Positions 1-12,470 of a stretch of 64,000 nucleotides of DNA are shown one piece after another. The notes beneath the pieces are model-generated. The model saw nothing but the letters and a program-made list of their open reading frames with translations, was not told the origin of the DNA and did not search any database. Source of the DNA: Octopus vulgaris (Eukaryota). The number at the start of each line of letters is the position of its first letter. The stretch's first letter is position 1. The position numbers were made by a program, and so were the translations under genes. Where the stretch lies: assembly GCA_951406725.2 (NCBI GenBank), contig OX597823.1, positions 26,970,001-27,034,000 on the forward strand. The letters run 5' to 3'.

Positions 1-127
1 AACATTTATTCCATTCTCCTCTATTTTTCTAATATATATATATGTTTGTTTTGGATGTGTATCAGTATGCATATACTCACACGTATATACATACTAACAT
101 AAACGTATATGCATATATACATGTAAA

Positions 128-159
128 TACACACACACACTCATACACACACTCACACA

Positions 160-235
<76 letters not shown>
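128..235. repeat. (CA)n/(TA)n microsatellite
   Basis: Direct inspection. Confidence 0.95.
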
Positions 236-819
236 CACGCAACATGCATACATCGATATATGCACACATTAACTCTTATATATTAGGAAACAAATAAATA
301 TATACCTATAGGTATACATAATCATACACACAGATAGACACAAAATATTTTATATATACATATACGAATACCTTAAATAAATTTCGCACACCATTACATA
401 TACTTTTACTTACATATACATATATTTAAAGACAAATACATACTCATACTTACATGCTAAAAGATAAAAGAAAAGAATATATTGAAAAAAATATATATAT
501 ATATTCGGAAGATAGCAGCAATTTTCAGACTATGAGCGCTGATAGACACTTTTAAAAATAATTTAACGAATTTTCTCTAAAACACACGAAGGTTGTTAAT
601 ATATACAAATAAACAATACAAAGTTTTTAATGTGTTTGTATATAGAAAGACGCATACACACGCACATACGCTCGCCTACACACAGACCCAGACATGCATA
701 GGCATGTACAGACGTGCAAAGGCGTACTTATATATATTTGAGTAGTTATAGAAATTACGTAAGAAATTAGAAAAATTAGAAATTTTAACGGATAATTTTG
801 AAACAAAATTTGCATTGTA

Positions 820-2232
820 CGTGGTCTGATTAATAAATATCCGGACTGTTGCTATAGTAAGGATGCAAAAGCACTGAAATTAAAGCTGCTTGGCACAGAT
901 TGAGCTTGAATGTTGTTGTGCATGCGCACTAAGTTTTAATCTTCTAGCTTGCTTCTGCTGTTTAAAACAGTACTTGGAAGGATGGTGAGTAGCGTGTGAT
1001 CGTGTCATTTGAAAGAAGGCGTGTAGCGTGTGAATTGACAATGACAGAGAAAGTTGAGCAGAGAATCTGCATCAAATTTTGCCTAAAGCTTGGCGATACC
1101 TGCTCAGAGGCCTACGCAAAGTTTTCAAAGGGTTTTCATCGTTCTCGACACAATCAACGAGATCTTGTGCAATTGAAACCCGAGTATCTTTTTGGTCAGC
1201 TGAAAGCGGTTTTGGCACAAACTTGGCAGACACGCGTCTCATACCCAAATCTTCAGTGATAATGGACTGAACTGAATCGTAACTAATCTGCACATCCTCT
1301 GATAACTCACAGATGGTGATTCGACGATTTCCCCCTCAAAGCTGCACACACATCTGTGATGTTTTTCTCGGTTTTACTGACTGTGAGTCTCCTAGAAGGG
1401 TCATCAATATCGAGATTTTATCGGCCATCTTGGAAACATATCTAAACCATTCGTACTCTTGTATGCAGCTCATACACTCCTCTCCATACACTTTCTGCAA
1501 CTTTACAAAAAAAGTCCGGACACAGTGAGAAGAATAGCGGAAATGAAGGGACTGGTAAGTGCAAGGCTGTCGGGAGACACTTTTGACTCAAATGACGGCG
1601 GTATTTTGGGACCTGCGGAGAGTTACCGACAAATTCATGGAGGGCTTCGCAAAGAACATAAAACTGGTGAAATGGTGTCGACTACATGAAAGCCCACCTA
1701 CCATAATGAACTATGAGAGACTAAAAAGGAAAATTCAATTGTAATTTTTGTGAAATTCATTTATGAGAAAGGAAAAATTGTCGAAATGTAACCACTCGAC
1801 TTCGGAGGTCGAGTGGGCATTGCGCCTCATTTGTATCTTTTCATATTTTCATTCGTTTTCTTCAATTTTTTCGTCTTTATTCATTATCTTTTTGTATTTT
1901 AAGTTCCCCGAGTTTATGTTTGTCTTGTTTGTATTGTCCCATTGTGTGTATAGCCCCTTGTGGGTGAAAAAAAGTCAACTTTCTGCAACTTTAGGAAGGC
2001 CTCTACGCAGGTATCGCCATGGTAGCTTTCTCTGTCATGGTCACTGCGACGATCACACGGAACACACGTTCATTCCAAGCACTACTGTAAACAGCGGATG
2101 TGAGCTAGAACGTTAAAACTTAGTGCATATGTACAGCAAAGTACAAGGTCAATCTTTGCCAAGTGGCTTCACTCTGCGTGCTTTAGCTTTGTTACTATAG
2201 CCATAGGCCGGATACTTATTGATCAAACCTCT
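820..2232. mobile_element. Mariner-derived foldback element built from two inverted 5' ends of a mariner, with TA target duplication
   Basis: TA at 818-819 and 2233-2234. The left terminus cgtggtctgattaataaatatccggactgttgctatagtaa matches the reverse complement of 2192-2232. The + arm encodes the mariner N-terminus MTEKVEQRICIKFCLKLG. The - arm encodes HTH-region sequence up to SAKFVPKPLS (WVPHEL-like). Confidence 0.85.
1506..1977 (+). mobile_element. Retroposed insertion (probable LINE 3' end) with 16-bp target-site duplication inside the mariner
   Basis: actttctgcaacttta occurs at 1490-1505 and 1978-1993. The insert ends in a T-rich 3'UTR-like stretch and a short A run. Confidence 0.7.
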
Positions 2233-2560
2233 TAGTTGTTGTGTAAAGTCGGTTCTAGAAAGAGGCAGAACGTGATATGAGAACAAACTGCAGGGAGTGT
2301 CATACATTACAGGTGCAGATGTTTCTCTTCCTTACGGAGACGCATATAATGCTACTCTAACTAAACTGTATTGTTATATAAGTAAACGAAACGGCAAGTA
2401 AAGAAAAATCATCTGAAGAAAGGCATCTGCTTTATAATACATGACAATTGTTTGTAAAGCAACTCACTTGTAATAAACGGGTGCATGATGAGTCGAAACG
2501 ATCGTAGTGGTTCTGAATAAAGAGTCTCGTAAATTCCATTTAAATGTCTCCCATCGTTTT

Positions 2561-2659
2561 GTATATGTATGTAAGTATGTATGTATGTATGTATGTATGT
2601 GTATGTATGTATGTATGTATGTATGTATGTATGTATGTATGTGTATGTATGTATGTATG

Positions 2660-2706
<47 letters not shown>
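2561..2706. repeat. (TATG)n/(TG)n compound microsatellite
   Basis: Direct inspection. Confidence 0.95.
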
Positions 2707-2710
<4 letters not shown>

Positions 2711-3139
2711 ATTTGTGTGCGTAATGTTTGAAGGAAAAAAGATGTTTTTCCAAACTTATTTGTTTTTTGTAGCCGAATTTATGGTTTGTCCAAATTACAC
2801 CGTACGAAACATAGGGCCGGTTTCCCGGTTTCTCTGGCGAATGTATTCCTCCCTGGACGAGACGTCGGTCCTCCACTAATTCAACTTAGAGTATTGGCAA
2901 ATATTTCGGTCAGGTTTCTTGCTAATGAGAACGTAATGCGAGAGATTGGGCGAGTGAGAAATGTTTATTGTTTTTTATCAGTGATTGTGTTTTTATAAGT
3001 GATTCTGTTTTACGGACAAATATGTTGTGAATGTACGAGATGAACATGCAAAGGGAGGCCGACTGGTAGTGGGGAGTCCTAAGTATATGCGTACAAGCCT
3101 GAAAGTTGGTATCATTGATTAAGTATGTGTCTATAAAGA

Positions 3140-3462
3140 GCACTCCGTCGGTTACGACGACGAGGGTCCCAGCTGATACGATCAACGGAACAGCTTGCTC
3201 GGGAAATTAACGTGCAAGTGGCTGAGCAATCCACAGACACGTGTACCCCTAACGTAGTTCTCGGGGAGATTGAGCGTGACACAGAGTGTGGCAAAGCTGG
3301 CACATTGAAATACAGGTACAACTCATTTTTGCTAGCTGAATGAACTGGAGCAACGTGAAATAAAGTGTCTTGCTCAAGGACACAACGCGTTGCCGGGAAT
3401 TGAACTCACGACCTTACAATCATGAATCGAATACTGTTAATCACTGAGCCATGAGCCTTCAC
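3140..3462 (-). mobile_element. tRNA-derived SINE with CORE-like body
   Basis: Minus strand reads tggctcagtga (A box), gttcaattccc (B box), then tgtgtccttgagcaagacacttt. A related copy is at ~15425-15658. Confidence 0.8.
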
Positions 3463-3742
3463 GATGTGTCTATATGTATATGTGAATGTGCGTCTAAGTG
3501 TATTGGTTGAAGAAACTAAACAAATGCTTGTTTTTATTACGTTAAACCTGTTTACATACGAAACCTCACAACAACACACAATTACACACACACGCACACA
3601 CGCACATACACACACACACACACACACGCACACGCATACACACATATTCTTTGTTTTGTTCTGTATCGCCCATAATGTTTTTCTTTATGTAAACCCTTTG
3701 AGATCAATAAAGAAATGATAATCAGTAGTATCATTATTACGA

Positions 3743-3890
3743 TCTAAGTTCAAATTCTCTTGATATGGACCTTGCCTTTCATCTTATGGGCTCGATAAAA
3801 TAGTTACCAGTTGAGCGCTGGAGTCAATGTAATCCCTCGAAATTTGCCTATCCCTCGAAATTCTTGGCCTTGTCCCAAAATTTGAAACCG
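3743..3890 (+). mobile_element. Partial copy of the abundant tRNA-derived SINE (gttcaaattc...gcctttcatcc...gataaa...taccagt family)
   Basis: Shares conserved blocks with copies at 29284, 40646, 62635 and elsewhere. Confidence 0.7.
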
Positions 3891-4167
3891 TTATTATTAT
3901 TATTATTGTTGATGTTGCTTCTCTGGTTTCTCTGGCGAACGTATTCCTCCCTGGACGAGACGTCGGTCCTCCACTAATTCAACTTACAGTATTGGCAAAT
4001 ATTTCGGTCAGGTTTCTTGCTAATGAGAACGTAATGCGAGAGGCTGGGCGAGTGAGAAATGTTTATTGTTTTTTATCAGTGATTCTGTTTGTATTATTAT
4101 TATTATTGTTGTTGTTGTTGTTGTTGTTATTATTATTATTATTATTATTAATATTATTATTATTATT

Positions 4168-4628
4168 GAGTGAGAGAGCAGTGCATGCCATCAAAGTGAC
4201 ACTGGGGTAAAATATACGAAGCCCAGTATACCCATCATGACTACCCGTCTGATAAAGGTACACCAGGCACATGCATCACAACCATATGTGCGCGACATGG
4301 TGATCTCATATCAAGATAAACAGCACATGACCTTGCAGGTGGGGCCCAGTTAGAATTTTCTTCAGGTCGAGTAGCCCATCCTGCTCAAAAGGTCCCTGAA
4401 TAAGGGTTGCTTTAGGATGTTGAACGAAACACCTATGTTTCCAGAGGTGAATTATTCAAACTCCAAAGAATCCCTCTCAACACATGGCTATGATGCTCCC
4501 CCACTACTTCTGCTCGTGATCAGAGATGCACGTATTGTCAGCCACTAAGGGACATGCTCAACTGGTTACGGTCAAACAACTGACAAGCAAATCTGTGGTA
4601 TTGAGCAGAATATTTGCTGTAGCCCATC

Positions 4629-4632
<4 letters not shown>
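4168..4632 (-). mobile_element. ~555-bp non-coding retroposon in (AAT)n, 5'-truncated copy
   Basis: Same sequence as the copies at 19174, 47596 and 62020. Flanked by (ATT)n on both sides. Confidence 0.85.
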
Positions 4633-4678
<46 letters not shown>

Positions 4679-4684
4679 GTTATT

Positions 4685-5243
4685 CTATGTTTGAATTTTG
4701 CTTTATATTTGTACAAGTTGGCTCCAAGTCTCACCCAAAGACCTCAAGAGACAACAGGTTGGAAGTTCACGTTGTTGTTATGCCTAGTGTGCCATATACT
4801 TGGTTGTTTTTGTTTCGGTGTTGTACTAGTGGATGTCTTAAAAAAATGTTTGTTCTAAACCTTGAGATTACATAGAAAGTATTTTGCGTAGGATATGAGC
4901 AGTTCCCATGAGCACTATCTTTTGAATTTCTGCCATTTTTGGGTTTTCTGGTATCTGAGTTAGGTAGCAATCAGCCCTTTTGCTATCATTCCCAGGGCAC
5001 CTATGACAACAGGTATTGTTTTAGTCTTCAGGTTCCACATTTTGCTGATTTCTATTTCAAGATCTTTATATTTGCTCAGTTTTTGGTAGGTCTTGACAGA
5101 TACGTTTATATCGATTGGGACAGTCATATCAATGAGGGAGGCATGTTCTTTGTTTGAAGTCTTTCAATATGATGTCTGGCCTATTTGCATCTATCTTCCT
5201 GTCAGTTTGAATGGTGAAGTTCCAGAGGAGTGAGATGTGGTCA
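4685..5243 (-). mobile_element. Dong/R4-type LINE 3' end (family B): restriction-like endonuclease domain plus 3'UTR
   Basis: Minus strand encodes LLWNFTIQTDRKIDANRPDII...DMTVPID...KLSKYKDLEIEI...GTAHILRKILSM with frameshifts. Flanked by (ATT)n. Confidence 0.85.
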
Positions 5244-5263
5244 TTATTATTATTATTATTATT

Positions 5264-7316
5264 CAGTAGTTTTATTTTTATTTTTATAGCGTGCTTTCGC
5301 TTCACTACCGAGCGCAGCTCTGTGTGCCTTGGGTATGTGCTGTGATTTGTTGTGATGCTCTGATGGTTATTGTATGGAAAGTGTTCTGCGTAGGATGTGG
5401 GCAGTGCCTAGTAGTGCAATTTTCTGTATGTTATATGTGTTTGTAAGTCCTGGTGTTTTTGTTATGTATTTGTCTGAATATTTTTTTATCATGCCTAATA
5501 CACCTACTATGATAGGAATTGTTTCTGTTTTCAGATTCCACATTCTAGTTACCTCTATTTCCAGGTCTTTGTATTTTGAGAGTTTCTCCATTTCTTTTAG
5601 AGACACGTTGTCATCTGCCGGTATTGATACATCAATTAAAAAGCATTTTTTTCTTCATGATCTCTGACAACTATATCTGGTCTGTTGGCCTTAATTTCTC
5701 TATCTGTGTGTATCGGCATATCCCAGAGTATGGTTGCTTTCTCGTTTTCTGTGACCTTTTCTGGTGTGTGCCTATACCATCTTTTTTCTGTTGTTATTCC
5801 ATAATGTTGGCATAGCTTCCAATGTATGTAGGTTCCAACTCTGTCATGTCTGTGAATATATTCCTTCTTAGCCAGGACTGGGCAGCTAGAGATAATATGA
5901 TTTATTGTTTCTTGTCCATCTCCACATATTCTGCAGTTACTTGTAATATTTCTTTTCATTACATGTTTTTGGTAATTTCTGGTGGGGAGGCTTTGGTCTT
6001 GTGCTGCAATTAAAAATCCCTCTGTTTCTGCTTTGAGTCCTGAGCTTCTCAACCATTGCTGGGATTTTTCATTGTCTATTTCTTTTGCGTTTAGTTTAGT
6101 GCAGTATTTACCATGAAGGGGCTTTTCTTGCCATCGTTTTATCATGGTTCGTTGCTGTTCTGTTTTTAGTTTGGATTTCATTTGTTTTATAGCTTTTGTT
6201 GTTTCTTCATCTTCTTCTTCTTCTTCATGTTTATTAGGTGGTATGATTTCTTGTTTGTATTTGTCAGCTTCCTTAAATACTGAGAACAGTTTTTTGTTTT
6301 GCTCGTGTTTTGCCGCTATCTGGATCAGTTTTCCTTCCTTCTGAAGTAGATATTTTTGCAGTCCTATGGTGGTTATCTTATAGTAGTTTCCCAGCTGTAT
6401 AAGGCCTCTACCACCTTCTATACGTTGTATATATAGTCTTTCTATGTCAGATTTTGGGTGATGCATCCTAGATCCTGTCATTATTTTTCTTGTTTTCCTA
6501 TCTATTTTGGTCAGTTCATTTCGTGTCCAGTTAAGGATATTGTAGCTGTAACTTATAACTGGGACAGCTAAAGTGTTGATACCTATTATCTTGTTTTTAG
6601 CATTGAGCTCTGTGTTTAGTATTGATCTAACTCGTCTATAATATTCTTTTTTTATTTTCTCTTTCATTTGTGTGTGTTGTGTCTTATCTAATTCATGGAT
6701 TCCTAAGTATTTGTAAGTTTGGCTTTGGTCTAATTCTTTTATTTCATTGGTTTTATCTAGTGTGATGTTGTTACTCTTAACTAGTTTTCCTCTTTTCATG
6801 GTTACTTTGGCGCATTTTTCTAATCCAAATTTCATATCTATTTCTTTGGTAAATCCATGAACTGTCTTTAATAGTGTTTCCAGCTGTTTGTCATTTGCAG
6901 CGTATAGTTTTAGGTCATCCATATATAAAAGGTGGCTGATCGTTTTGCCGTAACATTTATATCCGCATCCAGTTCTATTTAGCATATCAGATAGAGGTGA
7001 CAGTGCCAAGCAGAAAAGGAGTGGAGAGAGCGTGTCTCCCTGGAATATTCCTCTTCTAATGGGGATGTCTTTGGTTTTCATGAGTCCCTCTTTTGTTTGG
7101 AGGTGTAGGACTGTTTGCCATTTATTCATAGAGTGCTCTATGAATTTTATGATTGTTGGTGCTACTTTGTTAATGGCTAGTGTTTCGAGGATCCATGTGT
7201 GGGGGATGCTATCAAACGCCTTTTTGTAGTCAATCCAGGCCATACTGAGGCCTTTCTTCTTTCTGTGGCTGTCTTCAGTTATGGCTTTATTAATCATTAG
7301 TTGATCTTTACAGCCA

Positions 7317-7317
<1 letters not shown>
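5264..7317 (-). mobile_element. Dong/R4-type LINE (family A), 5'-truncated, with RT, CCHC zinc motif and REL endonuclease
   Basis: ORF 5636-7297 has WIDYKKAFDS, QGDTLSPLLF, YMDD, CRICG...HIISSC and RPDIV. It continues after one frameshift in ORF 5367-5606. (ATT)n on both flanks. Confidence 0.95.
5367..7297 (-). pseudogene. LINE reverse transcriptase-endonuclease coding region, single frameshift near 5645
   Basis: ORF-track entries 5636..7297 and 5367..5606 are contiguous parts of one protein. Confidence 0.9.
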
Positions 7318-7389
<72 letters not shown>

Positions 7390-7949
7390 TTGTGGATTAG
7401 AAGTAAGGAGGGGGCTAAGAGGTGATGAAAAGTCTGAAAAAGGAATAGCAAAAACAGAGAGAAAGAAAGAGAGAGAAATAGAGAGAGAAGGAGAGAGAAA
7501 GAAAGAAAAAGAGCGAGAGCGAGAAAGAGAGAGGGAGAGAATATTCTATTTATTTTTGAATATTGCTTTATTGTTTTCCACCTAAAATGATGGGTGTAGG
7601 AAGTAATGTTTTTAGTGTAAACATTGGTGTAGTTTTGCCTCTACATATCTGTGTGCGCAAGTGTGTGGGTGTATGTGTGTGTTTATGTACACACCTACAT
7701 AAACATGAAAGACTATTAACTGAAATTGCCATGAATACTATCAACATTAGTGTTAGTCACAGAAGTGTCATCGCTGTTAAATAACTGGTTAGTCTCTACT
7801 AATGTGTTTATTCGAATCCGTAGTGATATCCGTGTCATCCTTGTATTTCTCCATGAATAGATTAGCTTCAAACATTTCTGTATACAGCATAAATCGAAAT
7901 AAAAAAACAAAACAAAATCGAAGGCAAAGATTAAAAAAAATAAAAAATA

Positions 7950-9090
7950 AAAAATGGCAATGAAGAATTACCGAAGGAAATCATCAAAAACTTTGAACAG
8001 AATCTTAGTAGTTATAGTCATGGAAGAAACGGAAAGAATAAAACACAAACACTTATAGCCGCGAACTCAACAAGAACTTGTGTAATTGGTATAAATTGTC
8101 GAAGAAAGAGCGACTGTATGGACTACATGTAAAAAAATGAAAATATGCCTGGACAAACTTCACCCAGATCTTATTTATTTCAAGAGAAGTAATTTCCCCC
8201 ACAAATAAAACTCGTTAAATGTACAGGGAGAGTTTATGATTGAAATGGTATTCACAAAACACTGATGAGTGGAGAAATAACTGACACAGACATCCTTCTA
8301 GAACACAAACGCTTAGAGTAAGGAAGACTTCATATCATAAGAGACATAAGACTGGCAGCCAGTCATTTAACTTGTAAGTTTGATTGCCAGTATTTAATGG
8401 CTACTCTGTAGTTGTCAGAAGGACAATAGAAGTAGTCACAATCCTATTTGTATTTACAAGCTGCGAGAGAGAAGGATTAAAAACATTTATTCCCTGTGAT
8501 ATTTTATGAGGAAATAATATTTAGTTTCAAAAAATATCCAAACATTCTTTCTTTTACAAGAGTTGATAAGTAAACTACTAATTTGACGTTACTTATACTT
8601 ACTGATATCAAGTGTGAATATTCACAACACGGTAATGTCTCTTCATTTTTGGTAAATAAACATTCACCAGTTTTGATTCAGTCCTAACAAATGCTAGAGT
8701 ACTATTTAGAAATACTATGATGGATTTGAAAGTAGGGGAAGAAGTTCTAAATATTTTTGTTGCGGGGCGTAAGCTCCGATGTTTCCAGTGTGGCCAACTG
8801 GTCACATTAAAAAATATTGTAAAGAAGGTGTAGAAGAATCAGACAGCGAGGAGGAAGGAAGAGAGAGAGAGAGAAAAACAGAAGGAAAAATAAACAACAA
8901 AGGAAAATGGAAGGCTCGAACCAGCAAAAACAGAGCGAGCCGAGACCAAAAAGAAAAAAAAAACAGCCAAGAGAGACAGACCGAGGATGGTGGTGGGGGT
9001 GACGAACAGAGGAATAGCTGCACTACACAGCAAAAACGAAGGGAGATAAAAACTAAAAAATCAGCAACTAGATTAATTGAATATTAAAAC
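7950..9090 (+). pseudogene. Degraded L1/Tx1-type ORF1 (gag-like, zinc knuckle)
   Basis: GRKLRCFQCGQL-(frameshift)-GHIKKYC at ~8762-8820, followed by an E/K-rich tail, upstream of ORF2. Confidence 0.6.
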
Positions 9091-9269
9091 TATGAATTTT
9101 ATGAATTGGACGAAAAAACGTATATCTTGTTTAACATCTAGAAAATCGGCCTCAACATTGAGACTTGATTTTCACCAATCTATGTCTGAAGGCTTGCCAT
9201 CGCCGACCCTAAGTCAAGAAAAGGTAGAGAGTCCCTCTCCACAGGACGCCCCGATCTACAAGGTAAGTC

Positions 9270-12200
9270 ATGTCTATTCACATTGGCTATATAAATGTTT
9301 GTGGCCTGATGTCGCGTTGGAAGCAAGGGCTCTTTCTAAATGACATCAGGTCGAGAAATTTGGATGTAATTGTTGCAACGGAAACCCGGGTGAAGGGGCT
9401 AAGAGAACTGCTCCCCCTCCTGAACGGCTACGAGAAATACGTTTCTCCGAGTAGGGCGGGAGGTAAGGGTGGGGTGTTGGTCCTTCTGAAAAGAAACCGG
9501 GTTACCGAGAAAAAGTTGTTTTTTTTTTCTGACCCAGAAGGCAGGTTGGTCGTTCTTGACCTGACATTCAGTTGTGGCAAGATACTCAGGCTAGTCGCTA
9601 CTTATGCACCCAACATTATGGGCGCGCAAACTGAATATTTTCGTCATTTGGGCAAGTTCCTAGCCATGTCGCATTCGCTAGTATTGTTAGGAGAATTTAA
9701 TACAATATGTGAAGCACACACATATTGTGTTGGCTCGAACGTGAACAGAAAATGGAACCCAGACTTATGATATCTGCTAATTCAATTTCAGCTAGCAGAT
9801 ACATGTAGGTTGGCACACCCGAGCACTCCACAGTGGATGAGGTCAAATAGTGATGGGTCTTCTAGAACATATCTAGAGAGGATTTTAATTAGAGAAACAG
9901 ATAAGTCCATAGCCGAGTGTCCACAGTTTTTTCTAGTCAGCTACAGTGACCACAAGATGGTTATCTGTAAACTGACGGTAGATAAGTTGCATAGTCACGG
10001 ATCTGGCTACTGGAAACTCAATACTTCCTTTTGGTGATTGAGGAGTACAGAAAGCGGATCAAAATGTTAATACAGAGGGCATTAACAGGTGCCATCATTA
10101 ACAAATGGTGGTACGCCCTAAAAAGAGCCATCAAATATGAGTCTGTTAGGTTTAGCATAAGTTTAGCTAAGAAGGAGATGGTCTAGTTAAGGAACTAGAA
10201 GAAGCCTAGAGGACTGGTAGTGCGGACCAAGCGAGGGTGAAAAGACTGGAGTTAAACCAGTATCTTGGAGCCCAACACATGGGAAGTATTGCCAGAGCTA
10301 AGTTACATGCGATGGGAAGTGAAGGAATCAAGGCCGCTGGATGGGCCCGAGTGGTGGAAGCTCAGCAAGGAAATAGTTTCACTATTCGGTTTTTGATGAA
10401 TCAAAATGGTGCCTCGGTAAACGAACTCGAGAAAATGTGTGAGGCCTTTCGGGAGTACTTCGTCCAGCTGTTCGGGGGTGACGGCGGTCCTGGTGGTGGG
10501 AGAGACCTTGAGGACTTTCTTGCTGGGCTGCCGTGTCTCTCGGGGTCGGATGCGGAGTCTTGCGAAGGGTCAATCACGCCTGTGGAGGTTATGGAGGCTT
10601 TGGCCGACTGTAAAGCGGGTAAGTCGTCGGGACTTGATGGTCTTCCGTACGAGTTGTATAAATGTATACCAGACTTGTTCGGGCAACTACTGGCTGACGT
10701 GTACGCGAACTGGCAACAGAATGGGTTTATCCCTAGATCTGTGCGCCGGGGAGTAGTGACTTTGGTCAGAAAGGACCCGGACAAGTGGGACGTTTTAGAG
10801 AATTTCAGGCCCATCACTCTCTTAAATGTAGAAGTGAAGATTTTGGCCAAGGTCTTAGCAAAGAAGTTGGCGCGTGTCGCGAATGGTATAGTCGGGGAGA
10901 CACAAACATGTGCCATCCCAGGCTGAACCATTCAAGATACCCTCCATCTTATTCGCTATACTATATAGATGGTTGGTAATAAATCGGGCAAAGGTGGGGC
11001 ATTGGTACATTTAGACCAGACTAAAGCTTTTGATAGGGTTGACCATCGATACCTGGCGACTGTACTTGCGCGGTTCGGCCTGGGCCTTGGCTTCCTCAGG
11101 TGGTTTATCGCTTTGTACCACAACATTGACTCGATAGTTCAGGTGAACGGTTTGCTTTCGAAGCCGTTCTGCATCAGACGCTCGGCTCGTGAAGGATGTC
11201 CGCTCTCACCACTTTTGTATGTGATGGCTCTCGAGCCCCTACTGCGAAGGTTGAGTGGCATCCCGAGAGAACCAGGTCTAGAGGAGTTTGTTACGGTTTA
11301 TGCGGATGATACCAATATCAGCGTAACCTCAGTAGCACGCCTGCACGAAGAGGGTAAGACTATTGAGGCTTACGAAGAGGTGGCAGGAGCAAAGAATAAC
11401 CGGGAAAAGTCGGTCGACTTGCAGCTCGGCACCTGGGCTGGCAAGTCGATGCCTTCAGACAGCGTTGTTGGGTGCTGGACGGAGGGACCGGTTAAGTTCC
11501 TGGGAATTTGGTTTGGACCAGGCCTCAAGATAGAGAAGAACTGGACGGAGGTATTGAGCAGGGAGGCTGCAGTAGTCAACACCTGGTCTTGGCGGTCGGT
11601 GGATATCCCTGAAAGGGAGGGCAGAGGTGGCCCATGTGTTTATCGCATCGGTCATTACCTACCACCTGACCGTCTTGCCCTGTCCTGATTCGTGGTTCAT
11701 CAGGTTGCAGAGACAGCTCTTTCGCTTCTTGTGGAAGGGCAGGTCGCCACTTGTGAAACGCTCTGTCTGCTGTCAAAAGCCTTTAAAGGGAGGTTTAGGG
11801 ATGCCTTGGTTAATGAAGCGCAGACATGCGTTGAGGTTGAGGCACCTCTGGATTCTCCTGGATAATGAACGGGTGTGATCTCCGCCTGCCAGACAAATGT
11901 TCCCCGAGTTCAAAAGTTTTTGCGAACAAGAAGCCTGGTGTTCTCGTAGACCAAGGTCGAGTAAGTGGCAGAAAGAGTGCCGTAAGGCCCTCTTGCTATT
12001 CCGTCGTTCGGGCAACGCCAGCGGTGAGGGTTTCACGCGGATTTTATATAGTGGGTTGGTAGAGTCTGAATGCGACGATGGCCTGGGGGCGGCTCTAAGT
12101 CTCGGGTTTATTCAACTGGACAGCCTGTTTCACTGTACATTCGGGTTGAGAACGTTGGACAACTTCCAAAAGTCCTTAACCTGATAATGCTACAGAGGTG

Positions 12201-12470
12201 CCTTCCCCGTTTGGGATAAGCTCGCAAGACACGGTAATCGTCAGTCGCCGACCTGTCCACGATGCGGGGTGGGGTGGGACGGGGATACCGTCCCTCACGT
12301 AGATAACTGAAATGTGGGCTTATGCTGAATACCTGTTGTCCGGCGAAGGAAGAGTACAGCTGTCGACCGAGTTAATTATAAAAATTGACCCACCGGGAGT
12401 TCTAACGAACGAAGGTAAGAACTGTTTTCTCACGGTTGTAGCAATAGCGAAAGAGGCAGTATGGAAGACT
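9270..12470 (+). mobile_element. L1-clade (Tx1-like) LINE ORF2, disrupted: APE endonuclease plus RT
   Basis: YINVCGL, ATETR, ATYAPN, SDHKMV, GYWKLN (endonuclease); GLDGLPYE, FRPITLLN, LDQTKAFDRVDH, EGCPLSPLLY, YADD, GGLGMP (RT). Multiple stops and frameshifts. Confidence 0.92.
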
